From Tubiluchus corallicola (lineage: Eukaryota > Animalia > Priapulida): a stretch of 64,000 nucleotides of DNA. A program made the translations under genes and the position numbers. The notes beneath the pieces are model-generated. The model was not told where the DNA came from and searched no databases. It worked only from the letters and a program-made list of their open reading frames with translations. Positions 59,095 through 64,000 of the stretch are shown piece by piece. The stretch covers positions 306,706 through 370,705 of the forward strand of contig JAQGDQ010000218.1 of the NCBI GenBank assembly GCA_030141605.1, in the 5' to 3' direction. Each line of letters starts with the position of its first letter. Positions within the stretch are counted from its first letter, which is position 1.

Positions 59095-61725
59095 ATATGC
59101 TACGCTGGGTCGTAGACCCTGACTAGACATCAGGTGTTTGAATGTTCGATACTCACCCCTACTATATGCTACACTGGGTCGTAGACCCTGACTAGACGTC
59201 ACGTGTTTGAACGTTCGATTCTCACCCCTACTATACGCTCCGCTGGGTCGTAGACACTGACTAGACGTCAGGTGTTTGAATGTTCAATGCTCACCCCTAC
59301 TATATGCTCCGCTGGGTCGTAGATTCTGACTAGACGTCAGGTGTTGGAACATTCGATGCTCACCCCTACTATACACTCCGCTGGGTCGTAGACCCTGACT
59401 AGACGTCAGGTGTTGGAACATTCGATGCTCACCCCTACTATACACTCCGCTGGGTCGTAGACCCTGACTAGACGTCAGGTGTTTGAACATTCGATGCTCA
59501 CCCCTACTATACACTCCGCTGGGTCGTAGACCCTGACTAGACGTCACGTGTTGGAACATTCGATGCTCACCCCTACTATACACTCCGCTGGGTCGTAGAC
59601 CCTGACTAGACGTCACGTGTTTGAACATTCGATGCTCATCCCTACTATATGCTCCACTGCGTCGTAGACACTGACTAGACGTCAGGTGTTGGAACATTCG
59701 ATGCTCACCCCTACTATATGCTCCGCTGGGTCGTAGATTCTGACTAGACGTCAGGTGTTGGTACATTCGATGCTCACCCCTACTATATGCTCCGCTGGGT
59801 CGTAGACACTGACTAGACGTCAGGTGTTGGAACGTTCGATGCTCACTCCTACTATACGCTCTGCTGGGTCGTAGACACTGACTAGACGTCAGGTGTTGGA
59901 ACATTCGATGCTCACCCCTACTATACACTCCGCTGCGTCGTAGACCCTGACTAGACGTCAGGTGTTTGAACATTCGATGCTCATCCCTACTATATGCTCC
60001 GCTGGGTCGTAGACCCTGACTAGACGTCACGTGTTGGAACATTCGATGCTCACCCCTACTATATGCTCCGCTGGGTCGTAGATTCTGACTAGACGTCAGG
60101 TGTTGGTACATTCGATGCTCACCCCTACTATATGCTCCGCTGGGTCGTAGATTCTGACTAGACGTCAGGTGTTGGAACATTCGATGCTCACTCCTACTAT
60201 ACGCTCTGCTGGGTCGTAGACACTGACTAGACGTCAGGTGTTGGAACGTTCGATGCTCACCCCTACTATATGCTCCGCTGGGTCGTAGACACTGACTAGA
60301 CGTCAGGTGTTGGGTTGTGTTTTTGTGTGGGTGTGTGTGGTGGTGTTGGGTTCGATGCTCACCCCTACTATATGCTCCGCTGGGTCGTAGATTCTGACTA
60401 GACGTCAGGTGTTGGTACATTCGATGCTCACCCCTACTATATGCTCCGCTGGGTCGTAGATTCTGACTAGACGTCAGGTGTTGGAACATTCGATGCTCAC
60501 TCCTACTATATGCTCCGCTGGGTCGTAGATTCTGACTAGACGTCAGGTGTTGGAACATTCGATGCTCACTCCTACTATACGCTCCGCTGGGTCGTAGACA
60601 CTGACTAGACGTCACGTGTTGGAACATTCGATGCTCACCCCTACTATATGCTCCGCTGGGTCGTAGATTCTGACTAGACGTCAGGTGTTGGAACATTCGA
60701 TGCTCACTCCTACTATATGCTCCGCTGGGTCGTAGATTCTGACTAGACGCCAGGTGTTGGAACATTCGATGCTCACTCCTACTATATGCTCCGCTGGGTC
60801 GTAGACACTGACTAGACGTCAGGTGTTTGAACATTCGATGCTCACCCCTACTATATGCTCCGCTGGGTCGTAGACCCTGACTAGGCGTAAGGTGTTTGAA
60901 CATTCGATGCTCACCCCTACTATACACTCCCCTGGGTCGCTAACACTGACTAGACGTCAGGTGTTGGAACATTCGATGCTCACCCCTACTATATGCTCCG
61001 CTGCGTCGTAGACCCTGACTAGACGTCAGGTGTTTGAACATTCGATGCTCACCCCTACTATATGCTCCGCTGGGTCGTAGATTCTGACTAGACGTCAGGT
61101 GTTGGAATGTTCGATGCTCACCCCTACTATATGCTCCGCTGGGTCGTAGATTCTGACTAGACGTCACGTGTTTGAACATTCGATGCTCATCCCTACTATA
61201 CGCTCTGCTGGGTCGTAGACTCTGACTAGACATCAGGTGTTTGAACATTCGATGCTCACCCCTACTATATGCTCCCCTGGGTCGCTAACACTGACTAGAC
61301 GTCAGGTGTTTGAACGTTCGATGCTCATCCCTACTGTACGCTCCCCTGGGTTGTAGACTCTGACTAGACGTCAGGTGTTTGAATGTTCGATACTCATCCC
61401 TACTATACGCTCTGCTGGGTCGTAGACACTGACTAGACGTCACGTGTTTGAACATTCGATGCTCACTCCTACTATACGCTCCGCTGGGTCGTAGACACTG
61501 ACTAGACGTCACGTGTTTGAACATTCGATGCTCACTCCTACTATACGCTCCGCTGGGTCGTAGACACTGACTAGACGTCACGTGTTCGAACGTTCGATGC
61601 TCACCCCTACTATACACTCCGCTGGCTCGTAGACACTGACTAGACGTCACGTGTTCGAACGTTCGATGCTCACCCCTACTATACGCTCCGCTGGCTCGTA
61701 GACACTGACTAGACGTCACGTGTTG
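59095..61725. repeat. 69-bp satellite, about 38 copies, each containing a hAT-MITE terminus
   Basis: Unit gaacattcgatgctcacccctactatatgctccgctgggtcgtagacactgactagacgtcaggtgttg. Confidence 0.95.
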
Positions 61726-63551
61726 TATAAAATAATGCACGTTATCATGTTTTGATTGTTTGCAGGCTGTACTGTACATCGTACATTCGCAATAATAAAG
61801 GATTGATAGCTATGGTATTATTTACACACAGTCTTAATAGCAAATGACAAAAAAATGGTTCCTTTTTGCCACGAGAAATATATTATTTGCTTGTTTTCTA
61901 AGAATCATGTAAGCAAATTCTAGCAAGAAATTTGTAGTTATGATTTAACTTTTTTTTACATACAAATGATTAGTAGAGAAGTAGGCCTACAGTCTATTGC
62001 ATAGTTGAGTGCAACACACGTTAATGTAAACAAAACAAAACATTCTTCATTTTGAGTGAATCATTACTTCACAAATGATTAATTTAATAATTTTCTTTTA
62101 ATTAGTTAACCTTGATGATAATTGTGAACTATAATCTGTGCACACTTGTCTAATTTTTTTGTGATTAGCCATCAGTTTTTAATGCGAAACTCATTCTAAC
62201 ATCTATTCTTTCCCGCCCTAAAGTGGGACGGTACAAAGATGCTCGACTGCATTTGTAACAAATTGATTTGATGCTCGACATTGTCCCGACGTTGCCATGG
62301 CAACAGCCGCCTCACTTCTCTTGTTTTCAAGAAAATGTTATATGATGTAAAGGAACAGATGAATGCAAAGATGCATTATCAGCATCACTTCCAGTATTAT
62401 CACCAATGAAATTCATAGTTGGTGCATCTGGCCACTAGAACAAAATTGAGAAACACACCTTCAAAAAATCATATAACGGAAAAGTAAAAAAACAAAAACA
62501 GTCTGCACTGCGGGGCTCATTAAAATAAATTAATGGTAAAAGTACAGCCAGCTGCCCTAGCAGCATAGTTCTAAGTACTGTTACACATTCTTATAGGTAC
62601 AAACTACTTCATCCAAATATGATTTTTCAATCAATATTTATGGCCGTCACCCGGTGACAGGCTGGTTAACGTTATAACTGATTTAGCACAAAATCTACAT
62701 GCCATTTCAAATTGACTACATAATGCTAATTAAAAATAGTATTCTTTTTGTTAAATTACCGAATGTGTAGTTTGAACTAATGAATAAAAGTAAATTCTAC
62801 AGTTTTAACGAATGTGCAGGATATAGCACATTGATAATAACCTCGACAGTAAATCAATAAATCACACTACAGCGATAAAGAGAACAAATGTTAAAAACAA
62901 ACACAATACTCGAAGAACATTACAAGAATTTCGAAAAAACATAATTCAAATAACATTTCACGTGCTATAACCAAAAATGTTACAATACATATTTGTCAGG
63001 CATAAGTGATTAAATTTAAAAGGCTCAATTTTTTGCATCTGCAAGGAAGAAAATGCTAACAAAGAGAAATAAGATATATCAAGGTGTTGCATAATCATCA
63101 AGTATGTTATACACTGCAATTACAGCAATGCAGTGAAAAACCGCTGTAATTAATGCTGGTTCAACTGCATTGTTTTCATGATTTATTAACAATACCATGT
63201 CTAATAAAGTAAAAGTGTGCAAAGATTCATAAAAAGTAAAAAGTTTACTGATATATTGTTTAGAGAGCAAAATAAATTTTCTTATAGTAGTCACAGCACA
63301 CAACACGTTTTACTTACACAATGCTTGTGGTTACTACATTTAAAGAACAAATCTGCATAAGATTATGGTTTATGCAAGCAAAAGTAGGCTGAACACATTT
63401 TAACCTCTGTTACTAAATCAAAACTATTGTTCAAAACAAACCAAATCGATCAATCAAATAAGCAGCCACTGAGAAGAATTTGATATTACAAAAAATCACA
63501 TTTAACCAAATAAAGCAAATAGTACAGTACCTGATCTGTGAAATGCTTATA

Positions 63552-63918
63552 CTACAATCTTTTTCGTATCATTTTATGACTCTTCTGTTGGACACAAGAA
63601 ATGGTTATATTTACTTACGAATATATTATTCATCACATGTGTTAATGATTAGTAGCCATTATTCTTTCAAAGTTAACGAGAATTAGGCATTTCTTTACTG
63701 TACATTGTTAATGCATGGCATGTAGAACAACAAGCAAGAATGTGCAATGCTATTTTATATCAACCAACATACCTGATTTAACTTCTTAAACTCAACAAGC
63801 TGTGACATCACAAACTCTAAAATGTGTTTAGCTGTTCGCTTGTCTTGCGGTAAGCTGCTCATAATGTCCAATATTTCTCCGCATTCTCTGGCATAGTATT
63901 CAATATCATTATCAGAAC
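63552..63918 (-). CDS. Last two probable coding exons of an unidentified antisense gene (63773-63918 and 63552-63584)
   Basis: ttttatatag|GT SDNDIEYYARECGEILDIMSSLPQDKRTAKHILEFVMSQLVEFKKLNQ|gtatgt ... ccaacag|KSHKMIRKRL*. Phases are compatible. Confidence 0.5.
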
Positions 63919-64000
63919 CTATATAAAAATAGATTAGTTTGACAATCAGTTGATGCAATTTTAGCACAATCTAAAATAATGATAAATATAATGGTAAAAA

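Noticed and set aside
60312-60350. GT-only insert within the satellite
   Set aside because: A single low-complexity interruption, most simply a read or assembly artefact or a slippage patch.
59095-61725. CRISPR-like array, or the 547-aa repetitive ORF at 59284-60927
   Set aside because: Units are near-identical along their full length with no unique spacers and no cas genes. The ORF exists only because the 69-bp period is divisible by 3 and one frame lacks stops.
61766-61796. Possible next PLAT exon after tttgcag
   Set aside because: Reads AVLYIVHSQ* with no FPC..WL motif; the remaining exons probably lie beyond the window.

Overview
AT-rich, repeat-dense animal (invertebrate-type) genomic DNA, not prokaryotic. 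All coordinates and translations were read by eye. Host genes: (1) a complete 8-exon lariat debranching enzyme gene DBR1 (+, 12767-31439, about 510 aa, all GT-AG junctions phase-consistent); (2) the first 13 coding exons of a LOXHD1-like multi-PLAT-domain gene (+, 36452 to past the window end); (3) a probable first exon of a divergent MIT-like gene (-, 4681-4779). Nested genes: an intronless, frameshifted ankyrin-repeat/SOCS-box gene in DBR1 intron 1, and the 3' exons of an unidentified antisense gene at the right edge. Mobile DNA: a near-intact CR1/L2-group LINE (esterase ORF1; ORF2 = long hydrophobic leader + 2A-like GIETNPGP + APE + start of RT), nested LINE fragments, three 5S-rRNA-headed SINEs with an RTE-derived tail, tRNA-headed SINEs, and many MITEs. 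Most notable observations: the LINE membrane-like leader plus 2A motif; tandem arrays repeatedly seeded on transposon ends and splice donors; an inverted MITE-bracketed copy of the DBR1 C-terminal codons and 3'UTR inside the neighbouring gene's intron; and a 1-kb TTAGGG-like array enclosed by a perfect 20-bp inverted repeat.
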